Virus record (IMG/VR): IMGVR_UViG_3300035183_001457
Coordinates: 1-50,455 of that record
DNA: 50,455 nt
Direction: 5' to 3' (one strand)
Source: a virus
Taxonomy: Duplodnaviria > Caudoviricetes
Each line of letters begins with the position of its first letter. Positions within the stretch are counted from its first letter, which is position 1. Position numbers and translations under genes: made by a program. The notes under the pieces are model-generated. The model had not been told where the DNA came from. It did no database searches and saw only the letters and a program-made list of their open reading frames with translations. This document shows, piece by piece, positions 1 to 7,934 of this stretch.

Positions 1-195
1 GGCCTGCGCGGACTCGTTCGCCTTCATGGCGACCTTCGTCAGGATCTGGTTGAGCTTGCCGCTCGCCGAGGCCGCCTCGATGTGCGGCAGCAGGATCTTC
101 TCGCGCGCCGCGTCGGCCTTGCGCCGGACCGCGTCATACTTCTCGACGACCTCCTCGATCGCCTCGTCAGCCACGCCCATCTCCTCGCCGAGCGC
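1..195. repeat. Terminal direct repeat, left copy (circular overlap)
   Basis: 1-195 matches 50261-50455 except position 68 (G) vs 50328 (C); the repeat lies inside a coding region. Confidence 0.95.
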
Positions 196-969
196 GCGCG
201 TGTCGTCGACCATCTCCGTCACGTCACGCGGGTCGTTGCGCGTGTCGGCGTCGTCCTTGAGCTTGTCGAGGCCGATCGCCGTGAACACCGCCTCGGAAAG
301 CTCCGAGGTGGCCTCGGCGGCGACCCGCCTGTGCATCGATGCCGCGCTGCGGATGGCGACCCACGCAGGCTGCGACTCGAGCACGCGCCGGAGCCGCGAG
401 CCAAACGCGGACGCCTCGTCGGCCGGAAGCTCCTCCGCTCCTGCCTCGTCGTACATCGAGGCGAAGGTCTCGCGCATGAACGGGATCGACTCGGAGAGCT
501 TCTTGAAGGCTCCGGTCCCGACGTCGCGGACCTTCTGGTCATCGTTCCACGAGGTGCGCCATGCGAGGCGCGACAGCGACGAGGGCGCGATCGTGAGGTC
601 GCGCCCAACGTCCGGTGAGGCGTCCTCCGATGCGCTGCGCTTCGCGGCGAGGCCGGCGCTCGCCAGCACGTTGCGAATCGCCGATGCGCCGACAGGCGCG
701 CCCTGCTTGCGCTTCTTGAGGTCGCCGACCTCGGCGATCTTCGCTCCCGAGAACGAGGCCGGCGTGACGACCTCGCTGATGCGGCCGCGCACCTTGTAGA
801 ATCGGCCGCCCTTGGAGCCGGAGGAAAGCTCGAGTGCCTCGACCTCGTAGCGCTTGCCGTCCGCTCGCAGGTGATCGGGAAACTGGACGTGGATGTCCTC
901 GAGGCCTTGCCCTTTCTGGGGGCGCACGCGGACGCGACGTCCATCGAGAGCACATTCGACGATCGGCAT
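1..969 (-). CDS. VWA (MIDAS) domain protein, ViaA-like, 5' part; continues across the junction into 50440-49376 (about 617 aa total)
   Basis: ATG at 969 preceded by GGAGGAG; reads MPIVECALDGRRVRVRPQ... with no stop and is in frame with MGVADEAIEE at 180 (=50440). Not in the ORF track because it runs off the window edge. Confidence 0.85.
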   Translation of the reverse strand, partial: MPIVECALDGRRVRVRPQKGQGLEDIHVQFPDHLRADGKRYEVEALELSSGSKGGRFYKVRGRISEVVTPASFSGAKIAEVGDLKKRKQGAPVGASAIRNVLASAGLAAKRSASEDASPDVGRDLTIAPSSLSRLAWRTSWNDDQKVRDVGTGAFKKLSESIPFMRETFASMYDEAGAEELPADEASAFGSRLRRVLESQPAWVAIRSAASMHRRVAAEATSELSEAVFTAIGLDKLKDDADTRNDPRDVTEMVDDTRALGEEMGVADEAIEEVVEKYDAVRRKADAAREKILLPHIEAASASGKLNQILTKVAMKANESAQA

Positions 970-996
970 GGGCTCCTCCTGCTCCTTCGTGGTGGT

Positions 997-2232
997 TCAG
1001 CCGAGCCCGAGCAGCTGGCCGCACTCCTTGATGCGCGCGCGCAGCTTGTCGAGCTGAGCGACGGCGTCGTTGATCTCGGCCTCTGCGTCGGGAAACTGGT
1101 TCCGCGCCTCGTCGATGCTGCGGTTGATCTGCTTGACAGCCTTCATGACGTTGCCGAGCGTGACCAGCGCGTCGTCGCTGTTCGACGGCTTCTTCATGGC
1201 CTCCTCGATCTTCGCGTGCTCCTTCTCGATCGTGGAGCGCAGGTCGCGCACGATGCGCAACCAGCTCGCGACGTGCGCGCGAACCGCCTCGGTCACGTGC
1301 GGACGCTCCTCCGGCCTGTTCCACAACACGTCCTCGAGCGGAGAGAGGTGCGCGGAGGTCATGCGCCAGACGCCGTCCATGGCGCACCGCACGCGGAGCA
1401 GGTCGACGACCGCCTTCTCGACGCGTCGGTCGCTGACCTCGACGCCCTTCTCGCGGACCTGCGTGACGATCTTCCCGATGGCCTCGAGTGCGTCCTCGGT
1501 GATCTCCACCTTGAGCGCTGCCGCGGCGATGGCATCGAGGTCGGCAGCCGACACCTTGGGGATCTCGAAGTCGACGGCTCGCGCGCGCCTGCGGATCAGG
1601 TCCATCAGCGACGACACCTTGAGGCTCGTCACCGAGAGGCGGACGAGGAAGCGGTCGTGGAAGGCGCGCAGGCCGTCGTCGTCGTGAGGCAGCTCGTTCG
1701 AGGCCGCGACGAACATGCGCGTCGGGAGCCTCACGACCTCGTTCCCATTGAGAAACGTGCGCTCGTTCATCGCCTGCAGGAGCGTGTTGAGCGTGGCGCT
1801 CGAGCCCTTGAAAACCTCGTCGAGGAACACTACGTCGGCGGTTGGCAAGAAGCCTTCCGTCCTGCGCTTGAGGACGTCATGCTCCTGCATGGCGCGCAGG
1901 CTGATCGACCCGAAGATCTCGTCGGGCGACTGGTGCTTGTTGCAGAGCGTCTGGAAGAAGTGTCCTCCGGCCGCGCCCGCGATCGCGCGCAGCATCGCGC
2001 TCTTGGCGGTGCCGGGCGGACCGAGGACGAACACGTTGCCGCCGGCGATCCACGCGCCGAGCGTGGCGCGGATGGCGTGCTTGCGGTCGAGGAACCTCGC
2101 GGAGAGCGCCTCCTCGAGCTTCGCGATGCGCTCGCGCGCGGCGAGGAGAGCCTCGGTGTCGTTCTCGTGGTGCGCGGCGTACGTCGTCGCCGGCGCTGCC
2201 TCGGGCTGCTTCTTCTTTGCGGTGCTGGTCAT
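997..2232 (-). CDS. MoxR-family AAA+ ATPase, RavA-like (411 aa)
   Basis: Walker A GPPGTAKS, Walker B FLDEVFK, ASNELP, FHDRF; start moved to MTSTAKKK, which follows AAGGAG. Confidence 0.9.
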   Translation of the reverse strand: MTSTAKKKQPEAAPATTYAAHHENDTEALLAARERIAKLEEALSARFLDRKHAIRATLGAWIAGGNVFVLGPPGTAKSAMLRAIAGAAGGHFFQTLCNKHQSPDEIFGSISLRAMQEHDVLKRRTEGFLPTADVVFLDEVFKGSSATLNTLLQAMNERTFLNGNEVVRLPTRMFVAASNELPHDDDGLRAFHDRFLVRLSVTSLKVSSLMDLIRRRARAVDFEIPKVSAADLDAIAAAALKVEITEDALEAIGKIVTQVREKGVEVSDRRVEKAVVDLLRVRCAMDGVWRMTSAHLSPLEDVLWNRPEERPHVTEAVRAHVASWLRIVRDLRSTIEKEHAKIEEAMKKPSNSDDALVTLGNVMKAVKQINRSIDEARNQFPDAEAEINDAVAQLDKLRARIKECGQLLGLG

Positions 2233-2243
2233 GGGCTGCTCCT

Positions 2244-2327
2244 TCAGGCCTTGCGGCGCTTCTTCGTGGTGCTGGTGGTGCGGGTCGAGCCGATGCTGGC
2301 CTCGAGGGCGCGCGCGGCGCGGGTCAC
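2244..2327 (-). CDS. Putative 27-aa basic peptide (MTRAARALEASIGSTRTTSTTKKRRKA)
   Basis: GTG overlaps the upstream stop (GTGA), preceded by AAGGAGAGGG; fills the gap between two genes. Confidence 0.4.
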   Translation of the reverse strand: MTRAARALEASIGSTRTTSTTKKRRKA

Positions 2328-3277
2328 CGCCCCTCTCCTTCGCGCGCGGCGTCGAGGAGCACGCCACGGACTTGCTTGATCGTGGCCTTGATGTCGGCGA
2401 GCCCCATCTCGAGGAAGCCTTCGAAGGCCGCTCCCTTGTCGAGGATCGCCTTGAGGTCCTCCATGCGGTCGAGGATCGTCTCCGCGCGGACCTTCTTGCC
2501 GGCGCGCACGTCGTCGAGGATCTCCTGAGCCTTGCGTCCGAGGTCGTCGCACTCGTCGAGCAGGCCGCGCTTGATCGCCGAGCCGAGCCGGCGGCCGCCG
2601 TCCTCGTAGACCTCGTTCGAGATCACGTCGACGCCGGCGAGGCGAAGCGGCTCGGCGAGGTCCTCGAGGCGCTCGTCGGGTCCGCGCAGCACCACGAAGG
2701 AGGAGGTGCCGCCGATCCGCACTCCACGGAGCCGCTTGAGGACGACGCCGTTGATCACCTCGCGCACGTCGCTCTGCGTGAGCTTCGAGCGCTCCTTCTC
2801 GTAGCGCTTGGCGACCCGCTCAAGCTCCTCGGCGACCGCGCGCGGCACCGAGGCCGCGCTCGTGCGGAGTCCGCCGGCGCCGTCCTTCGCGACCTCGATC
2901 GTGCATCGAGCGTCGCCGATCCACTCGCGCGCCTCGACGTCGGTGGTCTGCCGAATGAGCGCGTACACGAGGACGCCGGCCTTGTCGACGCCGACCTTGC
3001 GCCACATCCAGCTGGCTCCGCCGTCGTCCTTGACGCCCTTCTTCGCGTTGCCGATCGCTCGCGAGAGCGCCGTGTGCGCGGTCGAGACGCCGGGCACGAG
3101 GTCGCGCCACTCGGTCGGCGTCGCGTACATGAAGGCGCCGGGATCGACCCCGACGGGGGCGCCGCGCACCGGCACGCCGATCACGACATGCGTCGCCACG
3201 CGTCTCTCGTTGAGCGGCGCGCTGCGCGCGCGGAGGTCCGCCATGACCTTCTGCGCGTTCGTGTCGGGGGCGCTCAC
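2324..3277 (-). CDS. Hypothetical protein, DUF6744/DUF3150-like (317 aa)
   Basis: Natural amino acid composition, helical C-terminus, directly upstream of the AAA+/VWA pair where such families are typically found; family call from recollection only. Confidence 0.55.
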   Translation of the reverse strand: MSAPDTNAQKVMADLRARSAPLNERRVATHVVIGVPVRGAPVGVDPGAFMYATPTEWRDLVPGVSTAHTALSRAIGNAKKGVKDDGGASWMWRKVGVDKAGVLVYALIRQTTDVEAREWIGDARCTIEVAKDGAGGLRTSAASVPRAVAEELERVAKRYEKERSKLTQSDVREVINGVVLKRLRGVRIGGTSSFVVLRGPDERLEDLAEPLRLAGVDVISNEVYEDGGRRLGSAIKRGLLDECDDLGRKAQEILDDVRAGKKVRAETILDRMEDLKAILDKGAAFEGFLEMGLADIKATIKQVRGVLLDAAREGEGR

Positions 3278-3984
3278 GCTTCACCTCCGCCGTTCGACGC
3301 GGGCGCCTTCTTGAGCGCCTCCATCACGAGGACCTGCTCGCCGACCGCGAGGCGATCCGCGAGGGCGCGCAGGCCTTCGGCGCTCATGAGGACCGTGCGG
3401 ACCTTGTTGCCGACCTGCGTCCACGGAGTCGGGAGCGGCATCTGCACGCGCGGCAGCGTCTTGTCCTTGGTCTCGCCGAACACGGAGAAGGTCCCGGTGC
3501 GGTCGGCGTTCGCGCGCTTCCTCGTCGTGGGCTGCCCGTCGGCGTCGACGCCCGAGCCGAACTCGGTCGCGACCGCGGCGCGCACCGCGACCAAGAACTT
3601 CGTCGGGTCGCCGGCGCCGCGCCCTGCCTCCATGCGCCGGAGCACCGCGCGCGCGGTCGTCTCACCGAGCGCGGTGACCGCGGCGCCGAGAGAGGTCGCG
3701 AGCGCGTCGGTGCCGACGTTGTCCTCGTAGATCGAGAGGAGCCTCATGAAGGCCGCGTTCGGCGAGGTCTTCTTCTCGGGCGCATCGGCCTGCGCGGGCT
3801 GCGTCTCCGTCTCGGCCTGCGTGGGCGTGGGCATGGCGATCACCTCGGCCTCGACGTCCTTGCGGGCCTTCGAACGCGGCGCGCGTGTGCTCGACGTGGG
3901 CGCCGGCGGCGAGGTGTTGTCGACGTGGGCGGTGCCCTCGGTGGTCTGGATCTCGGTCTTGCGGTTCTTCTTTGTGGCGGTCAT
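3274..3984 (-). CDS. Hypothetical protein with low-complexity N-terminus (236 aa)
   Basis: Start MTATKKNRK after AAGGAGCAGCCC; stop overlaps the next start. Confidence 0.75.
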   Translation of the reverse strand: MTATKKNRKTEIQTTEGTAHVDNTSPPAPTSSTRAPRSKARKDVEAEVIAMPTPTQAETETQPAQADAPEKKTSPNAAFMRLLSIYEDNVGTDALATSLGAAVTALGETTARAVLRRMEAGRGAGDPTKFLVAVRAAVATEFGSGVDADGQPTTRKRANADRTGTFSVFGETKDKTLPRVQMPLPTPWTQVGNKVRTVLMSAEGLRALADRLAVGEQVLVMEALKKAPASNGGGEA

Positions 3985-4013
3985 GGGCTGCTCCTTCGTG
4001 GTGGTGGTGGTGC

Positions 4014-4205
4014 TCAGGCGCGGACGATGTCGGTGGCGAAGCTGTACCCGCGGCCGAGGCTGCGGATGCGCGCGGCCTCCTCCTCGAGGACCTTGCGGTC
4101 GGCGCCCATGGCGAGGACGCGGCCGTTGAAGCGGCGCACGAGGAGGAAGCACGAGCCGGGGTTGGACTTCTTGATCTCGGTTTGGCGGTTCGCGGTGAGG
4201 GTCAT
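4014..4205 (-). CDS. Small early hypothetical protein (63 aa)
   Basis: MTLTANRQTEIKK... after CAGGAGCAGACCC. Confidence 0.7.
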   Translation of the reverse strand: MTLTANRQTEIKKSNPGSCFLLVRRFNGRVLAMGADRKVLEEEAARIRSLGRGYSFATDIVRA

Positions 4206-4324
4206 GGGTCTGCTCCTGTTGGTGGTCGCCGCTTCGGTGCGGCGCCGGGGGCGCGAGCTTGTGCCCGGGCAACCGGCGCGGCCTCGGAGAGGTGCGCGTG
4301 GTGCTCCTTGGTGGTGGCGGTCGT

Positions 4325-4567
4325 TCAGCGGGCGATCTCGAAGCCGGCCTTCTCGAGGCGCGCGGCGTCGGCGGGGCACACGAGCACCGCCTCGTTGCCC
4401 TCGCCCATCACGATCCACATCGTGCTGGTCCAGCCGCCGATCTCGAGGCTGCGGCGCGCGGCGTCGAGGCTCGTGAACACGATCGGGCGCCGGCGGAGGT
4501 ACACGCCGCGGTAGGCGTAGGCGCTGGCGGGGAGGAGGGTGCTGGTGGGGCGGTGCGCGGTGTTCAT
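4325..4567 (-). CDS. Small early hypothetical protein (80 aa), probably leaderless
   Basis: MNTAHRPT...; ATG lies 6 nt after a TATGCT -10 box. Confidence 0.7.
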   Translation of the reverse strand: MNTAHRPTSTLLPASAYAYRGVYLRRRPIVFTSLDAARRSLEIGGWTSTMWIVMGEGNEAVLVCPADAARLEKAGFEIAR

Positions 4568-4573
4568 GTGCAC

Positions 4574-4602
4574 AGCATACGCCCAAACGGCGGCCAAGGC
4601 AA
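4574..4602 (-). promoter_or_regulatory. Sigma70-type promoter of the early operon
   Basis: Minus strand reads TTGCCT (4602-4597), 17-nt spacer, TATGCT (4579-4574); A/T tracts further upstream. Confidence 0.75.
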
Positions 4603-4756
4603 GCTCAAGGCCGCGCAAAATGCGATCAAAACCATCGCATGGGCGCGATTGCACCGGCTTCTCGGGGGGTTACGGGCTCAAAAAAAGTGCAGATCCGGCC
4701 TTGTCTCCCCCGGATCTCCCCCGGATCCGGGTGATCGCAGGTGATCGCCGGGCACG

Positions 4757-4779
4757 AAAAAGGCCGCCCGGAGGCGGCC
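4757..4779 (-). terminator. Intrinsic terminator after the ParB-methyltransferase gene
   Basis: Minus strand GGCCGCC-TCCG-GGCGGCC followed by TTTTT. Confidence 0.75.
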
Positions 4780-4878
4780 CGTTGGGCAGGCATAGGGAAG
4801 GAGAGGGCGATCCCGGTGCCGGGGGGGCGCCAATCGACGTCGACGACGCCCCGTTTGCCCCGAGCTTCGCCCGCGCCC

Positions 4879-6117
4879 TCAACCCGTGGTGCGCACCGGC
4901 TCGAGCCCGTGGGCGCCCGGCTCGCGCCCCACGCTGCGCGCGAAGACCGTCCACCGGCGCCGAATGACGTCGACGTACCGCGGCTCGAATTCCACGAGCC
5001 GCGCGCGCCGACCGCTCTGCGCAGCGGCGATCATGGTCGATCCCGATCCACCGAACACGTCGAGGACAATCTCTCCCGGCCTCGAGCTATTGACGACGTG
5101 GCGCTCGATCAATTCGGGCGGCTTCATGGTCGGATGATCCGGCGATCGCATCGGCCTGTCGACGTCATGCACCGAGGTCTGCGTGCGGTCGTCGACGAAG
5201 AAGTGCGCGGCGCCCGGCTTCCATCCGTAGAAGATCGGCTCGTGGATGTAGTGGTAATCGCTGCGCCCGAGGACCATCTGGTTCTTGCGCCACACGAGGA
5301 CCTGCCGGTAGAGGCCGCGCGCGCGAAGCACGAGGCCGAAGTCGACGAAGTTCTCGCCTTGCGGCGCGGCCACGTAGCAGGCGCCGCCCGGCTTCAGGAA
5401 CGGCAGCGCCGAGTCGAACGCGTCCTCGAGGAACGCGCGCAGGTCCTCGGCGGTCAGATCGTCGTTCGCGATGGCCGCGCGCGGCTTGGCGATGCCTCCC
5501 TTGTACGCGATCCCGTAAGGCGGGTCGGTCCAGATCATGTCGGCGACCGCACCGTCGTCGAACAGGCGCGCGAGCGTCTCCGGCTTCGTGGAGTCGCCGC
5601 AGATCACGCGGTGCTCTCCAAGCTCGTAGACCTCGCCGGGCACGCTCACGGCGTCGTCGAGGACCGGCGGCACCTCGTCCTCGCCGCGCTGCGGAGGCTG
5701 CGCGAGCGCGGAGATGGCGTCGGCGAATGCCTGCTGGTCGTAGCCGGTGCCGGCGAGCCCCTGCGTCGTGGTGGCGACCGCGGTCAGGATCTCGGCGAGC
5801 CGATGCTCGTCGTTCACGGCGAGGTCGCTCGCGCGGTTGTCGGAGAGCAGGATGCGCATGGCGTGGTCGTCGTCGACGTCGACGATCATGGCCGGGACCT
5901 TCACGTACCCGAGCGCGCGCGCGGCCTGCAGTCGATGGTTCCCGACGAGCACGTGCCTCGTTGAACGCTGAATGACGAGGACGCCGTGCCATCCGTTGAT
6001 CCGAATGAGGTCCGTGATGGCGGCGACGTCGCCTTTGCGTGGGTTCTGCGGATGCAGCACAGGCCATCCGACGTCGACGTCGACAACAGGAGCGATCGGG
6101 TGAGCGGTTTCGTTCAT
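4879..6117 (-). CDS. ParB-like N-terminal domain fused to N6A/N4C DNA methyltransferase (412 aa)
   Basis: HPQNPRK...VLVGNHRL ParB-like region; catalytic TDPPY; HPTMKP; SAM-binding VLDVFGGSGST; start after GGAAGGGA. Confidence 0.92.
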   Translation of the reverse strand: MNETAHPIAPVVDVDVGWPVLHPQNPRKGDVAAITDLIRINGWHGVLVIQRSTRHVLVGNHRLQAARALGYVKVPAMIVDVDDDHAMRILLSDNRASDLAVNDEHRLAEILTAVATTTQGLAGTGYDQQAFADAISALAQPPQRGEDEVPPVLDDAVSVPGEVYELGEHRVICGDSTKPETLARLFDDGAVADMIWTDPPYGIAYKGGIAKPRAAIANDDLTAEDLRAFLEDAFDSALPFLKPGGACYVAAPQGENFVDFGLVLRARGLYRQVLVWRKNQMVLGRSDYHYIHEPIFYGWKPGAAHFFVDDRTQTSVHDVDRPMRSPDHPTMKPPELIERHVVNSSRPGEIVLDVFGGSGSTMIAAAQSGRRARLVEFEPRYVDVIRRRWTVFARSVGREPGAHGLEPVRTTG

Positions 6118-6169
6118 GTGATCCCTTCCAAGAACGCCACGGTGGCGGTAGAACGCTTCTGGGTGCGCG

Positions 6170-6460
6170 GACGCCCCCGCCCATGGAGGGAGGGAGGCCA
6201 TCGGTGGGGAAACCCACCGACGCACCGATCGGCGCCGCGGTGTCGCCGATCGGTGGAGAAGCCGGGGACGCATCCCTCGACGGTGAAGCCGGGCGCGCCG
6301 GTGGAGATCGTCGACGAGAGCCGCCACACAGACAACCGCCGCTCTCCATGGGGGGGGTTGGGGGGGGCGTTCGAAGTGTCGACGACGATCGTGTCGTGAT
6401 CGAGCCGGTGACGACGACAACAAGATCGGACACCACATGCCGCGCCGGTCTGCCGGCGCG
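6170..6460 (+). other. Multi-stem structured intergenic element
   Basis: Outer pairing 6170-6190 with 6342-6371; hairpins at 6201-6220 (GAAA loop), 6223-6255 (12 bp) and 6441-6460. Confidence 0.5.
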
Positions 6461-6492
6461 AAACGCGGGTCGGGGCAAGCCGGCGCGCGGCG

Positions 6493-7215
6493 TCACCGGC
6501 CGAGCTTCTGTCGCAGGCTTCCGAGCAGCGAGTCGGCACTGGCGCCATGAGCATGCGCGGCGTCGACAGCCTGATCGGTGACGCCGGGCGGCACAGGCAG
6601 CGACGTCATTTCGTCGAGCACGCGCGCAGCGATGTCGGCGCCGCTTCGACGAGGCGCGAGCATGACGCGCGTCTCGCCCTGCGTGGCCGCGGGCGTGCCG
6701 ATGTCGCCGCCTCCGTAGACGGCGACGCCCTGCAGGTCCACGGGCTCGACGTCGACGTGCTCCACCGGCCTCGAGTGCTCCGCCTCGGGCACGAGCGATC
6801 GAAGCGCCGTCGTGATGTCTCTCGACGGCGCGGGCGGCGCCGGCGGAGCGGGAGGCACGCTCGAAGGAGCCTCGTACACGACGGGAGCCTCGGGTGCGCC
6901 CGCGGTGACCCACCGAGAGACCTCCTCGTACACGACGCGCCATCCCTTGCGGCCTCCGATGAACGCGCCGCGCAGCGCCTTCGACGCGAGAGCCTTCAAC
7001 ACGCGACTGATGCCTGCGCCGCTCACCAGCGTCACCTCGTGCGCGGAGAGCACCGCGTGAGCAGGAAGAACACGGATGCCCAGCTCCTCGAACGTGGCCT
7101 CGAGCCGCGCGTGCGCGTGCTTGACGCCATCGGTGTCCGTTGACGGAGACGAGCGTTCGCCTTCCGGCGACGGGTCGCCTCGCACTTCATGGTGGACAGG
7201 CTCCTTTTCGCTCAT
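6493..7215 (-). CDS. Excisionase/MerR-like HTH protein with Pro-rich C-terminal part (240 aa)
   Basis: LSAHEVTLVSGAGISRVLKAL...GGRKGWRVVYEEVSRWV; start after GGAGG. Confidence 0.65.
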   Translation of the reverse strand: MSEKEPVHHEVRGDPSPEGERSSPSTDTDGVKHAHARLEATFEELGIRVLPAHAVLSAHEVTLVSGAGISRVLKALASKALRGAFIGGRKGWRVVYEEVSRWVTAGAPEAPVVYEAPSSVPPAPPAPPAPSRDITTALRSLVPEAEHSRPVEHVDVEPVDLQGVAVYGGGDIGTPAATQGETRVMLAPRRSGADIAARVLDEMTSLPVPPGVTDQAVDAAHAHGASADSLLGSLRQKLGR

Positions 7216-7276
7216 GTAGCGTTCCTCCAATGCCAGCGACGCTACAGCGGCCTCGCAGCGGCACAGTGAGTGGCGC

Positions 7277-7396
7277 GTGAACAACGACGGGGAAGCTCTC
7301 GACGAGTCCGAGGTGGCCGAGGTGGCCGCGCAGGTCATGCGCGCGCTCGGGTACACACGCCACGGCGACCAAGCAGGCCGTCGTGATCACGGATGA
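7277..7396 (+). CDS. Putative 39-aa peptide (MNNDGEALDESEVAEVAAQVMRALGY...)
   Basis: First ORF of the rightward arm; typical codon usage; weak RBS. Confidence 0.35.
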   Translation: MNNDGEALDESEVAEVAAQVMRALGYTRHGDQAGRRDHG

Positions 7397-7439
7397 ATCT
7401 CTCGGTTGACGGAGGGCGCGTGCGCCCAAGGAGCACCCG

Positions 7440-7904
7440 GTGAAGCTCTCGCCCCTTGCCCTTCTCGGTTCGTTCGTGGCGGTCGTCTCCATGTGCCTCG
7501 CGGTCGTTGCCCCGATCGTGGCCCGCGCGCGCCTCGAGGCCTCCATGGCGCCCACCGAGTCCGTCGCCCCGCGCGCCACGTTCGGCGCCGCGCGCCGCTT
7601 CCATGTGCGCCGCATGCGCGCCGCGCTCGTGGCCGCGCTCGTGGCCGCCGGCGTCGCCGTTGCCTACGCGGCATGGGAGCGCTCGCAGCGCTCGTCGATG
7701 GTGTCGATGGTCTGCCTCAGCATCGATGGCGATGTCCGCCTCTGCGTGAGCGGCGACAACGAGAACCAGATCGCCGAGGAAGCGAACCAGATCGCCGAGG
7801 AAGCGTACCGCCTCTGGGCGAAGCGCCTCGTCGAAGGTTACCCGGATGGATGGACGAGGTACACGCGCGGCGCCGATGGCGTCCTTCGTCCAATTTCCGA
7901 GTGA
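7440..7904 (+). CDS. Membrane protein with two hydrophobic segments (154 aa)
   Basis: Hydrophobic stretches LALLGSFVAVVSMCLAVVAPIV and AALVAALVAAGVAVAYAAW; AAGGAG RBS. Confidence 0.75.
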   Translation: MKLSPLALLGSFVAVVSMCLAVVAPIVARARLEASMAPTESVAPRATFGAARRFHVRRMRAALVAALVAAGVAVAYAAWERSQRSSMVSMVCLSIDGDVRLCVSGDNENQIAEEANQIAEEAYRLWAKRLVEGYPDGWTRYTRGADGVLRPISE

Positions 7905-7934
7905 CCGCAGCAACCCACGAACAGGGAGAGAGGC

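Noticed and set aside
1-195. Terminal repeat as a biological phage DTR
   Set aside because: It lies in the middle of the VWA gene, so it is more simply an assembly overlap of a circular or permuted genome.
3985-4013. CAC/GTG repeats and leader motifs as a CRISPR array
   Set aside because: Repeats are short, degenerate and separated by whole genes; no regular repeat-spacer pattern or cas genes anywhere.
6114-6554. 146-aa minus-strand ORF across the structured spacer, and the upstream extension of the methyltransferase to 6438
   Set aside because: Atypical composition, no RBS, overlaps palindromes and G tracts; the methyltransferase has a better start at 6117.
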